DNA of 64,000 nt from Eledone cirrhosa (Eukaryota), in assembly GCA_964016885.1 (NCBI GenBank), contig OZ024750.1, positions 7,316,001-7,380,000 of the forward strand, read 5' to 3'. Both the position numbers and the translations under genes were made by a program. The notes beneath the pieces are model-generated. The model worked only from the letters and a program-made list of their open reading frames with translations. It ran no database searches and was not told the origin of the DNA. This document shows positions 39,263 through 52,682 of this stretch, piece by piece (the first letter of the stretch is position 1; every line of letters begins with the position of its first letter).

Positions 39263-42200
39263 GCGTGTGTGTATATATAAAGGGTAAAGAGTAAAAGAAA
39301 ACCCCATAAACATTCTTGAGTAGTCCCACTAAAGGACTACTGAGGAACTGCTGCTAAAAATGTATATGTCAAATTTTCTTTCTTTTACGATGAAGCTAGT
39401 AGCGGTGGTGCTAGAAATGGTGGTGCTAGAAGTGGCGCGCTTATCAAGTAATGTTTACTCATTAATGACTAGATTTCGAGTTATATCGTCTGCTTCTAAA
39501 CTACCCAATGTTGAATCCGCTTCTTTGAAGGTTTTCCTAACTTGATACTAGGTCCTTCCCTAGAGTTACTAACAATTCCTTGCATCTTCTTTTCTCTTTT
39601 TATTTCCTACTGAAGATAAATTGAATATTTATTTATTTGTGAAATCAAAGAACCACGTTTGATATCCAAAATGATTACGTTACAGAGTTATTTATAAATC
39701 TCCAACCATGTAAGGTACGATTATCAAAATGTATAGTTTACTATTTATTTTTACGAGGAAGTCGTTTGGTTTGCTTAGATGACTAGAAAACGACTAGAAA
39801 ATAGCTGTTCTGGAATTTTTGTTAGGTTGTTGAGTCAGTACCGTTTTTCTTCTCTCTTTTTTGTTGTGGTAAATATGTTTGTGATAAAAAAGAAAAAGAG
39901 ATATATTAGTGATGTGAAAGTCGTGTAGCTTAGTGGTTAGAAAGTTTGATTCACAATTGTGAGGTTGTCAGTTCGATTGCCGGACCAGGCGATGTGTTGT
40001 GTACTTGAACAAGACACTTTATTTCATGTTGCTCCAGTCCACTCAGCTGTAGAAATAAGTTGCAACGTCATTGGTGCCAAGCTGTATCAGCCATTTGTCT
40101 TTACTTTGGACAAAGGCTTAAATGAAATATATTTAACTAGGAATGGAAACCGGGTTTGTAGATTCGGTTCAACTTAAGCTTTACACAATTTAAAGATGTT
40201 GCCACATTGCAGGTTAATACAGGAATTTATATATGACTTTTAATCAAGAACCAGACACCTTATTTGCATATTGTGAATCCTCTTTGTATTCAAAATATAA
40301 TTAAAATACGTATCAAAATATTAGAAGGCAAAATGGTAAATCTAATTAAAAAAGACAAAGAATGAGGCAGTCTTTGACTGTAATACATCTGAAGCGGTAA
40401 ACACATTGTATGCTTGCTTTTAAAAGTAGTTCTTTAATCACCATAACTCACATACTGGAGCCTCGTTTGCCTTAAACATGTGAGGGGGGACAAACCAACA
40501 TTTGTTGATTCTTAAAGGAGCATAAATTGCTTATGGTGCCTTTCCCGGACCCTATCACAAAAGTAAAATTTTACGCTAATTAAATTTTATACATTCAAAT
40601 GAAGTTCAGATATAAAAAAATAAGCTTAAAAGAATTTATTATATCAAATAAACAAAAAATAAAACATATACGTTTGAAAAAGTGGTGGTGGTGGGGGCTG
40701 GTACCCCCTGAAACAAGGCCCTTGCTCACACAACATGATAACATCCTAACAATCAACGCAAATCATTTCGTTGTTGTTGTTAATTCATGAATTTGCAGAA
40801 GTCTTCAATATTTAACAAGGCGTTATTGGCTGAGATACGGAAACAACACGCACCTTTTTTTTTATCGCATCTTCAAGAAATACAACCTCTCTAACCCTTT
40901 TAAAACTGAAGACATATGCTCTTAGATCGAACATTTCAAAAGAGATACAAACGATTGTAAACAATAATCTAACACACTATTTTAACCCCTCCCCTTCTAT
41001 CTTATCTGATTAACAGTACTGATTATGCCAATCCAGATGTTCTATTGATCCTGATGTCACCTGGTGGGTTTGCAAACAATACAAAAAACCAAGAAAAAAA
41101 CCCAAAGAAATAAAGCAAGTTGCTGATCTTGATAATGTTATAGATTTTGCTAACTTTTTATTCATAGTTTTCGTCTACAGACCTCATATTTCAAGTGGTT
41201 ATCTTCTATGCTTGTAATATTAATATCTGAAAATGAATTTACTTGCTTAGGGAAATATTTGGTCTTTGTTTACAAACAAGGGACAACTATATCCATGTTT
41301 TGACCTTATTCAAACTCCACAGCATAGTATAATATATACTACGTCGATGCGGTCGTTTTAACTTATTTATGGTGGTCTACTTCAATTATTTCCTTTAATT
41401 CTTTTTGTTTTTTAATTTAAGAGACCCAGGAGTTGACCCCGAGCAAGATGGTTGTAAGCTCAAAGAATTTGACTGGGATAATTTTAGTTTTGACTAGCTT
41501 ATGGATAACATCCATGAGCTTGGCTGGTCATGCTTGGGAATGTGCGCAAATCAGTTGGAGACGGTTGCACCTGCTGGAAGGAGTGTTTGAGGATTCTGCC
41601 TCCTCGACACAAGTGGGCGAAGAAGAAGAACTTAGTATCTACCAAGAGCACCAAAAACAGACACTATACACCACAAGGAAATAACTACCGCTTTGTTAAC
41701 GAACCTTATAAAATATACTACCATTACTCTTCTTAAATAATTTAATGAAACTTAAAACAAAAGAGTTTTTCACAAATTTGAAGCGACATTTATTGTTATA
41801 AATCAACTTATGATCTGTGGAACTAAATAACCAATACTTAATAGACTATATCACTATACCTGCCAATATAACGAATGGTGCTGTTATTGATTAGCTCATG
41901 TCTGTCCTGATCGGGTAGACTTATGATGAAAGGCGTTCTATCTATGACCATTTAATTTTTCAATGAAATTATATAGATGCTAGCTATTTAGATGTTGTAG
42001 ACAGTGGGAGAGAGAGGTGCGGCAGAAAACTCAAAATAGCAAAAGAAAGAGGGGGCGAAATAAATATATGAATAAAGAGATAAATAGACTGACAAACGTG
42101 AGAGAGAAAGAAAGAGAGACTTTTAAATGGGGGTTTCGTATGTATTTCTCGAGAAGATTTGTGAATATTCAATTCTTTTTTTCTGTTAGGTTGATACTAT

Positions 42201-42599
42201 TTTGAGCAGTAGGTGGAATGCTGCCAAATATAAACGTTGATGGTGATGAGCCTAAAACAACAGAGGATGGGGCAATGGCAGCAGTGATAGAATGAATATT
42301 TGACAGAAATAACACTTAAAAGCACTTTAAAAGAATAAAGAAGCAAAACCCCTCATTTTTTCCCCAAAGGCAAAAACGTTTCTTCAAATATTTCTCGTAG
42401 TTAACGAACTAAATCTGCGCAATTCTTCTAAGTGAAAAAATATTATCTCATAAATTGAGGGTTTCCACTTGCAACGTTAGGTACACACGCACACAGAGAG
42501 AGAAACACACACACATACAATCGCAGGAGGAGAAGAAGAAGATGAAGAAACAATCAGTTTATTATCATCTCTGCCAGAATATAATGTATTTATAAAGAA

Positions 42600-43420
42600 C
42601 ACTATCAAATTAATCTTTGTCATATTTTTGTCTATGAAGAGCACCGGTATGACTGGACTGATAGTTTTTCTAGATATGTGAATGATTTTGGGACCATATT
42701 GGGATAATATGAAGGCCTGTCTGATAACCTTTGTAAAAAATGTACTGCAATGACCGCTGATCAATCTCTAGAGGGAAATATTTCTCTGATAGAAAATGTC
42801 GCAATCTTTCAACATGCTATACCACTGCAGTGATTTCGCATTCAATGTTGTTCGAATGTCTTCTAAAACTGGTTTGTATATTACTAACATATGCCGTTGG
42901 TTTCTCATTTTGAGACGTAATTCTTACTAAGTATCAATTGTAATTTGTCTCACACTTAGTAGAAAATGTTGCCAAACCAACGTGTTGTGTAAAAAGTTCT
43001 TTCGTCTTCTTAAAAATTAGTTTTTGATACATTCCTTAAGTAAAGGTATTTCGTTTTGCTTCAAAGGCAAGTTCAAATACACCTGAAAGTTTTCGTATTA
43101 ACTATCGATAATAATTTATCAAACCAAAATATCTTTCAAGGTTTTCTTTCGATTTATGACCACTAATCCGTTGGATTTTGTCTATTAGGCTATATGAGGA
43201 TTTGATGCAATCCTTTGAAATAATTATTCCTAGGAAATCGATAGAAAATACGTAATTAATGCATTTATTTGGGTTAATCGATACATTGGCTTCTTTCAAT
43301 CGAGCAATAACTGCATTTTCTCGATTTTCATTGTATTCTGCGTTGCTACAAAGATAAGCATGTCATCATAATATATAATTAGGTTATTAGTTTCTTTCAA
43401 TATAAACTCCGTATAATATT
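42600..43420 (-). mobile_element. Decayed Ty3/Gypsy LTR-retrotransposon pol fragment (RT to RNase H)
   Basis: IYYDDMLI (YxDD) near 43360-43380, LKEANVSINPNKC..IDFLGIII..ERYFGLINYYR, and RNase H-like NNIECEITAVV*HVERLRHFL; stops and frameshifts present. Confidence 0.8.
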
Positions 43421-43689
43421 GAAACTGGAGTTATTCTTTTGAGATACATTTAAAATCTTTGGATTAATTAAAGAATATTGCTTGCATTTATTGCATACAA
43501 TCTCTTGGAGCCGTCAACCAAATCAGTCCACCAGTATACAGTCGTTAAATCAATTGAGTAACCCCCACCACAAAAAAACCTTGCTCCTTGTTTATCAGTG
43601 ATCGTTGTAATAAAATGAAAAGTTAGATGTAAAAAACTTTGAAGCTTATCACTTAAATGTGCTCCGTAATCGGTATTCATTATTAACCC

Positions 43690-44208
43690 TTGCCATTCTG
43701 AGTTCGAATCCCACCGAGGTTAACTTTGCCTTTCATCCTTTCGAGGTCGATAAAATAAAGTACCAGTAATGCATTGGGATAATTGCTGGCCTTGTGCCAA
43801 AAGTAGAAACAATTATTAACTCATTGGTGAATTGGCAGTATTGGTAGAGGGTCAGACATGCTTTCCAGCATAGTTACGTCCCTTTACGATCTGAGTTCAA
43901 ATCCCGCCGAGGTTAACTTTGCCTTTCATCCTTACGGGGTCGATAAAATAAAGTACCAGTAATGTACTGGGTAACTGCTGGCCTTGTCCCAAAAGTAGAA
44001 ACAATTATTAACTCATTGGTGAATTGGCAGTATTGGTAGAGGGTCAGACATGCTTTCCAGCGTAGTTACGTCCCTTTACGGTCTGAGTTCAAATCCCGCC
44101 AAGGTTAACTTTGCCTTTCATCCTTACGGGGTCGATAAAATAAAGTACCAGTAATGCACTGGGTAACTGCTGGCCTTGTGCCTAAAGTAGAAACAATTAT
44201 TAACTCAT
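43690..44208 (+). mobile_element. Head-to-tail trimer of SINE family A (192-bp period)
   Basis: aattattaactcatt recurs at 43811, 44003 and 44195; first copy 5'-truncated. Confidence 0.85.
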
Positions 44209-44364
44209 TATATCTCTTTTGTTCTTTCGCAGCCAAATAGTTATGGATATATAGTGGATACCTTCAAATGGGTATCAATAGTTCCATTAACTCATCATTT
44301 TGAAGATCATTTTCAACGTCTAGCGTCTTACCTAATGAACTAGCTGCGTTAATTACGTCTAGAG

Positions 44365-44535
44365 TGGCTCCACCAAACAGAATAGCAAAGACATTTCCGC
44401 GAACAATGGCCTACGACACCCGCTGCAACAGCCACCCCCACCCCCCTCGTGGGGCTCATTCTTCAGACGGGCTGCTGTCATTCTGATTTTACGGAGGAGC
44501 TCAGTTGTACAGGGTTAGAGGACGCCTGAGGTCTC
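44365..44535 (-). mobile_element. Third CRE-like 3' fragment
   Basis: Reverse complement matches 3065-3210 and keeps the LLQRVS.AIVRGNVFAILFG segment. Confidence 0.65.
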
Positions 44536-45073
44536 ATATAGTCGATCAAATCGACTTAGTATATTACTGGTATTGGAATAATGTAAAGCAAAGTCAATCA
44601 TGATAGAATTGAAATTAGATGGTTCGAGACAAATGAGCATTTTGTCAACACGTCGCTCTAGATCAATCTATTTATTAAATGAATACTTCTTATATTACGG
44701 AAAATATGAATCTGCTTTCATGATATTACGCATCTCTGATAATAGCATGATTAAAAAAACAAAAACAAGCTGGAATATTTCCAACCAAGTAAATAAGACT
44801 AGATATTCCAGTATAGCATAATGGTAATATAACAGAGAATATTGGATGAAATGATGAAAGTTGTTGTAATATGTAGTTGTGCTGTTAATAGAAGTAAATT
44901 GAAACATCGTTCAACAACTGTAAGTAAAATAGATTAGTATGAGGCCTAAATATGAAAATTATATTTTGATTAGTGAATCGTATTTTCAGTTGTTGGATGG
45001 ATATAACAGATGTTCATTGTTAAGTACCATGAAAGAAACCTTCGAGACATAAGTTTTGCAATATTCTTCTTCT

Positions 45074-45273
45074 CAGACCAGCCAACCTCTAAAAAACCCA
45101 AACGGGGAGTGCCATGAAAAGTTTAAAAAATGCCCTCAAATGGTGAGAAATGAGGCAAAATGAAGAGATTTTTCATAATGAAAAGCTATACCCATTTTCA
45201 CAAGAGAAGACATCTCTCAACCACCCCAAAGTGGGAGAGAGATCTCGTCGGACGGGAAGAGTTGACAGGTCTG
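45074..45273. mobile_element. 200-bp TIR element inserted in the (TTC)n tail of a Rex3-like fragment
   Basis: CAGACCAGCCAAC...GTTGACAGGTCTG termini with cttcttc on both flanks. Confidence 0.6.
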
Positions 45274-45840
45274 CCTTCTTCTTCGCTCACTTATTCCTGA
45301 GAGGGTCTTGAAGGCAGAGTCCTCAAACACTCCAGTTTTGCAATATTGACTAATAAATTATGTTTTTGATTGAGTGGCTAAATATAAGCTAAGGTAAGTG
45401 AGGTGATTTGTGGGTAAATTTGTTTCTTATACTCTATTATAGAATATTGACCCCCTCTAACATATTGATAAAATTAACTGTTAGTTGAATTACATCATCA
45501 TCATCTTCGTTTATCATCCATCTTCCACGCTAGCATGGGTTAGACGGTTTTGTTCCATTTGATGCGGGAATGGTCGAGAGACCATGCCTCGCTCGCACGG
45601 AAGCGTCTCTGGCAGGTTTTTTTACAGCTGGATGCCCTTCCTAACACCATCCACATTTACAGTGTGGACTGGGAGCCTTTTCACTGTGTCTCCTACACGA
45701 CCACCTTACAGTGTGGACTGTTGTGTATCACTAATTTTAAGAAATCAAATATTGATTAATTCTTTCAAATTATATATATAAATATATTTTCCGTGCTATT
45801 CCAATCTCTCTCTCTCTCTATATATATATATATAAAGTAG

Positions 45841-45959
45841 TAACACAACAGTTAGTTCACCATACCGAGAACAATTGTTTCACCTTATGCGGATCCGAGC
45901 TGAAGATCCGCATAAGGTGAAACAATTGTTCTCGGTATGGTGAACTAACTGTTGTGTTA
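45841..45959. repeat. Perfect 55-bp inverted repeat with 9-nt spacer
   Basis: 45841-45895 is the exact reverse complement of 45905-45959. Confidence 0.95.
45895..45935 (+). ncRNA. Hammerhead-like motif at the centre of a 55-bp fold-back
   Basis: CCGAG-CUGAAGA-uCC(gcauaa)GGu-GAAA-CAAUUG-UU-CUCGG; weak stem II, palindromic stem III ACAAUUGU. Confidence 0.55.
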
Positions 45960-46023
45960 TTACTTTTACCAAACTCGTCCCATGGACTGAGTGCTCTCCC
46001 ACTGCGGGTATTACTTTCCAGTG

Positions 46024-46089
<66 letters not shown>

Positions 46090-46753
46090 CCACTCTTTCT
46101 TCACTCTCTTTTTTTCTCTCAACAGGAAATTGTGTGAAACATTACCTATATCGATAAAATAAATATTGATTTCAGTTGTTGAACCAAGAGCATTGTGTTT
46201 TAAATTTATTAGAAAAGTTGACAGCGTCTTTGAAGCTTCATAACATATCGATTAGGCGACGAATTAGCAGATTTGTTAAAACGTCTGATAGAATGCTTTG
46301 CGGTATTCGTTTCGACTCTCAGCATTCTTGAGTTCAAATCTCACCGAGGTTAACTTTGCCTTTCATCCTTTCATGGTCGATAAAAACGTACCAGTTTAGT
46401 ACTGGGATCGATTCTTCTTCAATATCTCTTTCACCCTCGGCTCTCTCTTACTTTGTCTTTTTCTGGATGAATCGGCTGTGTTCGGACCTAGAGAGGGGAT
46501 GGACCTAGAGAGGGAATGGACTCAGCAAGGTTTAACAAAAGCCCAAGAAACGCAATATGTCACTATGGTACCCTCTAGACTCCACCAAGAGTTACGGGTA
46601 CAATAATACATACATAGAATATATTTATTATTGGTGATATTTTCATTAATAGACCCATGCTAGCGTGGAAGATTGACGTTAAACGATGATGATGATGACA
46701 CATCTTTATCTCATGTGTTTCTGTTAGTATCCAAATAAAATGTCGTTCTAAAC

Positions 46754-47593
46754 CAGGCATGCGCAACTAAAAAATTCAAGATGTAACTGAATTCACTATG
46801 TTTTGCCTGACGGAGATTCGAAATCGAATCTAAACCAGGCAAAACATAGAAGAATTCAGGGTCACATCCATGTAACTGTTAAGATGCAATCTTCGCAGGA
46901 GGAATGATAAAAAGAATGAAGAATTATGTTGTTGACAACGTTTATTTTGTAATAATAAAATACTTCATCATTGTTTTTATCATTCATCATGCGAAGAATA
47001 CATCCTAACAGTTACATGACCCTATCAGCTACAAAGACAATTTTGAAACTAAGTGTGCCATTCAGAAAGCCAAATGGACCGCATGACTGTTTTAATAACT
47101 CACCCAATTCTCTAGTTTATCCCTCTCATTAACAAACAGTAGCTAATTAGTTAATAATTGTTTCTACTTTTGACATAAGGCCAGCAATTACCCCAGTGCA
47201 TTACTGATACTTTATTTTAATAATTGTTTCTACTTTTGGCAGAAGGCCAGCAATTACCCAGTGCATTACTGGTACTTTATTTTATCGACCCTGTAAGGAT
47301 GAAAGGCAAAGTTAACCTCGGCTAGCTAATAATAATCAATAGTTCAATTTCTTAAATGTTAATACAGGATAATGAAGCACTGTTGTTAGTAATAAAATGT
47401 TTTTAATTGTGTATGACTTACTTTCGCAAATATGTGTTTCTTTGTAATATGAACACTAGAGAAAATATATTTATTCTCAACTTCTGTGTTGATTAATACT
47501 TTTATTTCAGAGTGCTCATTAATGTGTAATACGAAGAATCACATCTTTCCTTAATCCACATACGGCTCGCGAGCCACAGTTTACCCACGACCG
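46754..47593. mobile_element. hAT-type non-autonomous element (840 bp) with nested SINE fragments
   Basis: Exact 8-bp TSD ttctaaac (46746-46753 and 47594-47601); imperfect TIRs CAGGCATGCGCAACT / AGTTTACCCACGACCG. Confidence 0.75.
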
Positions 47594-48016
47594 TTCTAAA
47601 CATATAGAATCATTAAACACACATGTGACTTGTATTTAAAATCGATAATATCTACACTAACATAGCTAATCAAATGGTTCATTAGAATGGTTTCTTTTAA
47701 AACAGGTTATTATCTAGGTGTTTATTTGAACTTTTATTGCTACTAATATTTCGATATAAAACTTTTTATTGAACATCACCTATCTATTATGTTTTTTTTT
47801 ACTCTGATTTTACATAATTTTCAAAATAAAGAATCTATAAGTATAGTATTTGACTATATCAATCTCGTAAATTATGTAAATTATTACTCAAGTAAATTAT
47901 CAGTCTAGTAAAGTAGATGTTAGTATATTTAATATAGTAAGTCAAGAAATTTTAATTAATTAATAATAAGGCTAAACAATGCAAAATAGAGTAAGATGAA
48001 AGCAACGTTTCTTTCG

Positions 48017-48056
48017 TCCTAATATTTCGGGGCTTAAAATTCCCCTCTTCAGAGTA
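48017..48056 (-). ncRNA. Hammerhead-like motif with weak stem I
   Basis: CU-CUGAAGA-GGGG(aauuuuaag)CCCC-GAAA-UA-UU-AG; core and stem II intact, stem I only about 2 bp. Confidence 0.45.
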
Positions 48057-48236
48057 TAAGGAACTCTCAGAGAAAAAAATGCTCCGGTGTCTTTATTTGA
48101 AATTAGATTTAGATTTAATTGTAATTAATTAAAACTACACTCATAGTAATGAAGACAATCATTATTGAAATATCTAATTCAGGTAAAAAGGGAAAGGGGG
48201 AACATCTCTGAAATTCTAATTAATTAAATATGGAAT

Positions 48237-48615
48237 GTGTGCGAAGTGCCATGCTGCATGGTAGTGAAACATCTGTGTTTTTGTGACTGCAGAGCTTGTT
48301 GAAGAAGCTGGGTTTAAGAAGAATTCGAGGTAGTGTGCATGAGAGAAGACTACGTTGGTTTGGATAGGTGATGCACAAGATAGGCAATAATCGTTGGGTG
48401 AAGAAGAGTCAAGAAATGCCAATGGAAGGAAGTCGTGGTAGAAGTAGACCAAGAAAGATCTGGGCAGAGGTTGTGAGAGCTGACCTCAAATCACTGAGAC
48501 TCATAGAAGCGATGACAAAGGCTCACGACATGTGGAGAGAAGCCGTGCTGAGAAGGACCTACCCAACCTATACAGGTGTGAAAAAGCGGACAATAAAACG
48601 ACAAGGATGATGATG
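48237..48615 (+). mobile_element. RTE-clade LINE 3' end
   Basis: RWVKKSQEMPMEGSRGRSRPRKIWAEVVRADLKSLRL..., followed by a gatgatg tail. Confidence 0.75.
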
Positions 48616-51027
48616 GAATCTAGCGGAGAGTATGTCTGGTCTTTAGTGGTATTATGGATTTTTATTTATTTATTAACCAGGTGTCTTGGTTTTAAACCAA
48701 GGTCTGACAACAGGTGAACGCTTGACTAATGGCGACATTTCATGATTCTGAAAACATTCCTAACTTGTTACAAATAAATAAAGAACAATTAAACGTACGA
48801 TTTACTTCAGTGAGAACACAAAAATGATGTAAGTTAGTGCTAACATATATACTAATGCTGCCAACTAGGAATAATTATACAATGACAAAAATAAAAACAA
48901 ACAAACAATATTAGTCATTAAATAATATTATTTGATTCTTTCAGCAGACGACTTCAGATATGTTTTTTTTTTTCTAACTCCGAATCAAAAAGGTTGCTGT
49001 GATAATCTAGTCACTGGCGCTGTATAATGGCTAGCCATAAGAAACTTAGTGATGAAATAATCCAGTCTATTTCGCCATTTATCCATTTTTTTTTCTTTAA
49101 AATTTTCAAAAATTTTAAAAACACCTTTTCCACTTTGAACTTAAATTGACCCCTTGTGATTAAAAGCCCAACCACACACGAGCACACACACATTTGCTTT
49201 AGGTTTTGTACCCATTTGAACTGCGGCCATACACCAGATAACGTGGTAAGTCTTATGAATTCAGAATCTTATTTGAAATTTATTTTAACAGGAAGGGGCT
49301 TGACAAAAACGTTTGCGCCCAAAGGGGGCACTGGCTGAAAAAAGGTTGGGAAACCCTGGTGTAGTAACTAGATTTCTAATACATCACCTAGGAAATTGCA
49401 GGAAGAAAGAATGAGACTTGAAAAAAAGAAAAAAAATGAAACATGATGAGCAAGGAGGAGTCTTTAAATAGATATGTTTCTTTATTAGCCACAGGGGCAC
49501 AAAAGAAGGGGGACAAATACAAAGGGGGAAGTTTACATACAATAAAAACGTGTAAAATATTATCACAAATGTAATTTAAAAGTTAATCGATTTTCCCCAA
49601 TAGGAGGAGACATTTGATATGGGTAACACATACCCCCGAAAAAAATGTGCAACCCTCATCTCCAGGAGTACGAAGAGTTTATACCCCTTTCCTCTCTTCC
49701 TCCTTTTCCTCAACCTACAGGCTGATATAGAGAGAAGGCCCATTCACTCGGGCCATTCTCGCCACTTTCACCCACCTTTCATAAAACTTGCTGGGGTACA
49801 GCACCTATCTCTCCATCCTGATTCTTCTTCCAAAGTGGTATTTGAAAAATAGATAGATAGTAGATAGATAGATAGTAACCAACTGTGGTTAGTTCGGATC
49901 TAGCTGTCGGAACGGCCGGAATTCAGCCTACTACCCACTCTACAACCCTAAGTATCGAGTACTCTGGTGCGTTATAGTCCACTTGGTTTCTTACCACACT
50001 TTCTTTGTTAGATAGATAGATGAATGGATGGATGCTTTAGCTCTCAGTAAGTATAAAGAATGTTAGATGTGAATGGAACAATAAATAAGGATTTTTGCGG
50101 GGAGGGGAAAGTCGATTAAATCGACTCAGTACATTACTGGTACTTTATTTTATCGACCTCATAAGGATGAAAGGCAAAGTTAACCTCTGCGGGATTTGGA
50201 ATAATAAATAATACAAGAAAAAAAAACGTAAAATTAAATTTGAAATAAAGTGACAGCAAAGCTGGTAGTCCAAACTGATTACGGTTAGGGGAATTGCGTG
50301 GTTAACTTTAGGAATTCAGTCAAATGAAGAACATACAGATATTCCTACTTGATTTACAATAACGTCGTAACTTGTGTTGAAACTAAAGTGAAATGACAGT
50401 TGTTGACATTTTGAAGAAACTTCCTGTGAATCAATATCTGAACAGAGAAACATATTTTTCGAAATGCTTCCCTGAAATTTATATGAACTTAACAACTGAC
50501 CTATTTCATTGATTGAATAACTATTATCGACGTAATTTGTAACTAGATATTACGTTTTCTTATTTGAAAAAAGGATGTCTTCGTTCTTTAATATCAGTAT
50601 AGTTACTTTCTTGTTTCAATTCGTATAAGACACTTAATAATTACGAAATAAACCGCCCTAGGTTACGACCTCAAGATTTTCAAATCGCTCTAGACAACAT
50701 CTATAACTTTATATTTATAGATAGATGTTAAAATGAAGCGAAGAATTTGGCTGTTTTCCATGTTTCAAACTGGCAAACAGTCAATAATGGTTGGAATAAA
50801 TTCTGTTCGGGTTGTTCTACGGTAACGCTGCTGTGGTTGTATTATCATATTTGCTGTTGTTCAATGTGTTGCAGGATAAAATCAGAGAAAAAACCTGTTT
50901 GAGATTATTTTAGTCGGAAGTATCTTGTATATATATATGTTTACACTTCACTGCAAAATCCAGGATCTAACGAAACATGAGGTTATGTCTCTATATATGA
51001 TTACATGTGTGTATGTATACATATATA

Positions 51028-51104
<77 letters not shown>

Positions 51105-51530
51105 GTGCGTGTGTGCATATGTATACATATATGTATATATGTATATGTATATATATGTGTATATGTATATATATATATGTATATATATATGTGTATATAT
51201 ATATGTGTATATATATGTGTATATGTATATATATATGTGTATATATATGTATATATATATATGTGTGTATATATATGTGTATATATATGTGTGTATATAT
51301 ATATATATATGTCGATATGTATATGTATATATATATGTATATGTAATATATATGTATATGTATATATATATGTATATGTAATATATATGTATATGTATAT
51401 ATATATGTATATGTAATATATATGTATATGTATATATATATGTATATGTATATCTATGTATATGTAATATATATATATATATATTATTCAAAATATTAAT
51501 AAATGAAGACATTGACATAATCAAAATATA

Positions 51531-51596
51531 TATTTTATTATATATATTTCGAAGGTACTGTGCTGTTTTATCAGTACGTCCTCGTCAGATAAAATA
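51531..51596 (-). ncRNA. Type I hammerhead ribozyme motif with long stem II
   Basis: UAUUUUAU-CUGACGA-GGAcGUACUG(loop)CAGUACcUUC-GAAA-UAUAUA-UA-AUAAAAUA; 8-bp stem I, G-C closing stem II, palindromic stem III. Confidence 0.8.
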
Positions 51597-51638
51597 CATG
51601 AATTGATGTATGACATACCTCAACGGTCTTGATGGTTC

Positions 51639-51682
51639 AATTCCAGTATTGGCAGTCAATATTGACTGCCAATACTGGAATT
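51639..51682. repeat. Perfect spacerless 44-bp palindrome
   Basis: aattccagtattggcagtcaat|attgactgccaatactggaatt. Confidence 0.95.
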
Positions 51683-52599
51683 CTACTAATTTTGTCGATC
51701 GACTTTCGTCAAATCGGACCGACGAAACAATGTTTCTATCGGTATTTCCAATTGCTAATACTATCTATCGGTTGCAACTCCAGATAGAAGGTGGAACATG
51801 AAATAAAGTGTCTTGCTCAAGGACATAACGCATCGTCTGGTCCAGGAATCGAACTGACAACATCACGATTGCGAATCCAGTTCTCTAACCACTCAGCCAC
51901 ACACCTTCACTAATTTTCTACTAAATAAATTCTTTATCCTATCTAAAACGTTGATTTATTTCACAACGCAGGAAACTGATATTATTCTTGCAGTGGATTT
52001 ATTTTATGTGTTTTTTTCCCTAGAAAACTACAAAAAAAAAAAACAGAGGATAATTTTTATATAAACATAGGGTTCAGTGACATTGTGAATGTCACTAAAC
52101 TTGCTGGTTGGTATCTTTTATATAAGCTAGTAAAACCCATCACTACGCTGCCGGTAAAAATATTTGTTAATCATGCACATGCCTTCAAAAATTGTTCAAA
52201 TAATGTTTAGATTGACATTCTCCATGAAGATTAATAAGAGTTTAAATATTATTGAATAATAATTGTTTCTACTTTAGGCACAAGGCCAGCAATTACCTAG
52301 TACATTACTGGTACTTTATTTTATCGACCCCGTAAGGATAAAAGGCAAAGTCAACCTCGGCGGGATTTGAACTCAGATCGTAAAGGGACGTAACTATGCT
52401 GGAAAGCATGGCGTCCGACCCTCTACCGATACTGCCAATCCACCGGCATAATATTGAATAATAATGTTTATTTAAAATACTTTGTTTCATATTCTACAGA
52501 ATAAGTATATCCAGTGATTAAAAAGTGCGTATCCGTCAACACGTTAGTTTCTATGGTGACAACACTCTATCTATCTTTCACACACACTATCTCTTTTTG

Positions 52600-52672
<73 letters not shown>

Positions 52673-52682
52673 CATATATATA

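Noticed and set aside
49310-49358. hAT-like right terminus (aaaaaggttgggaaaccctg)
   Set aside because: No matching left TIR or TSD found.
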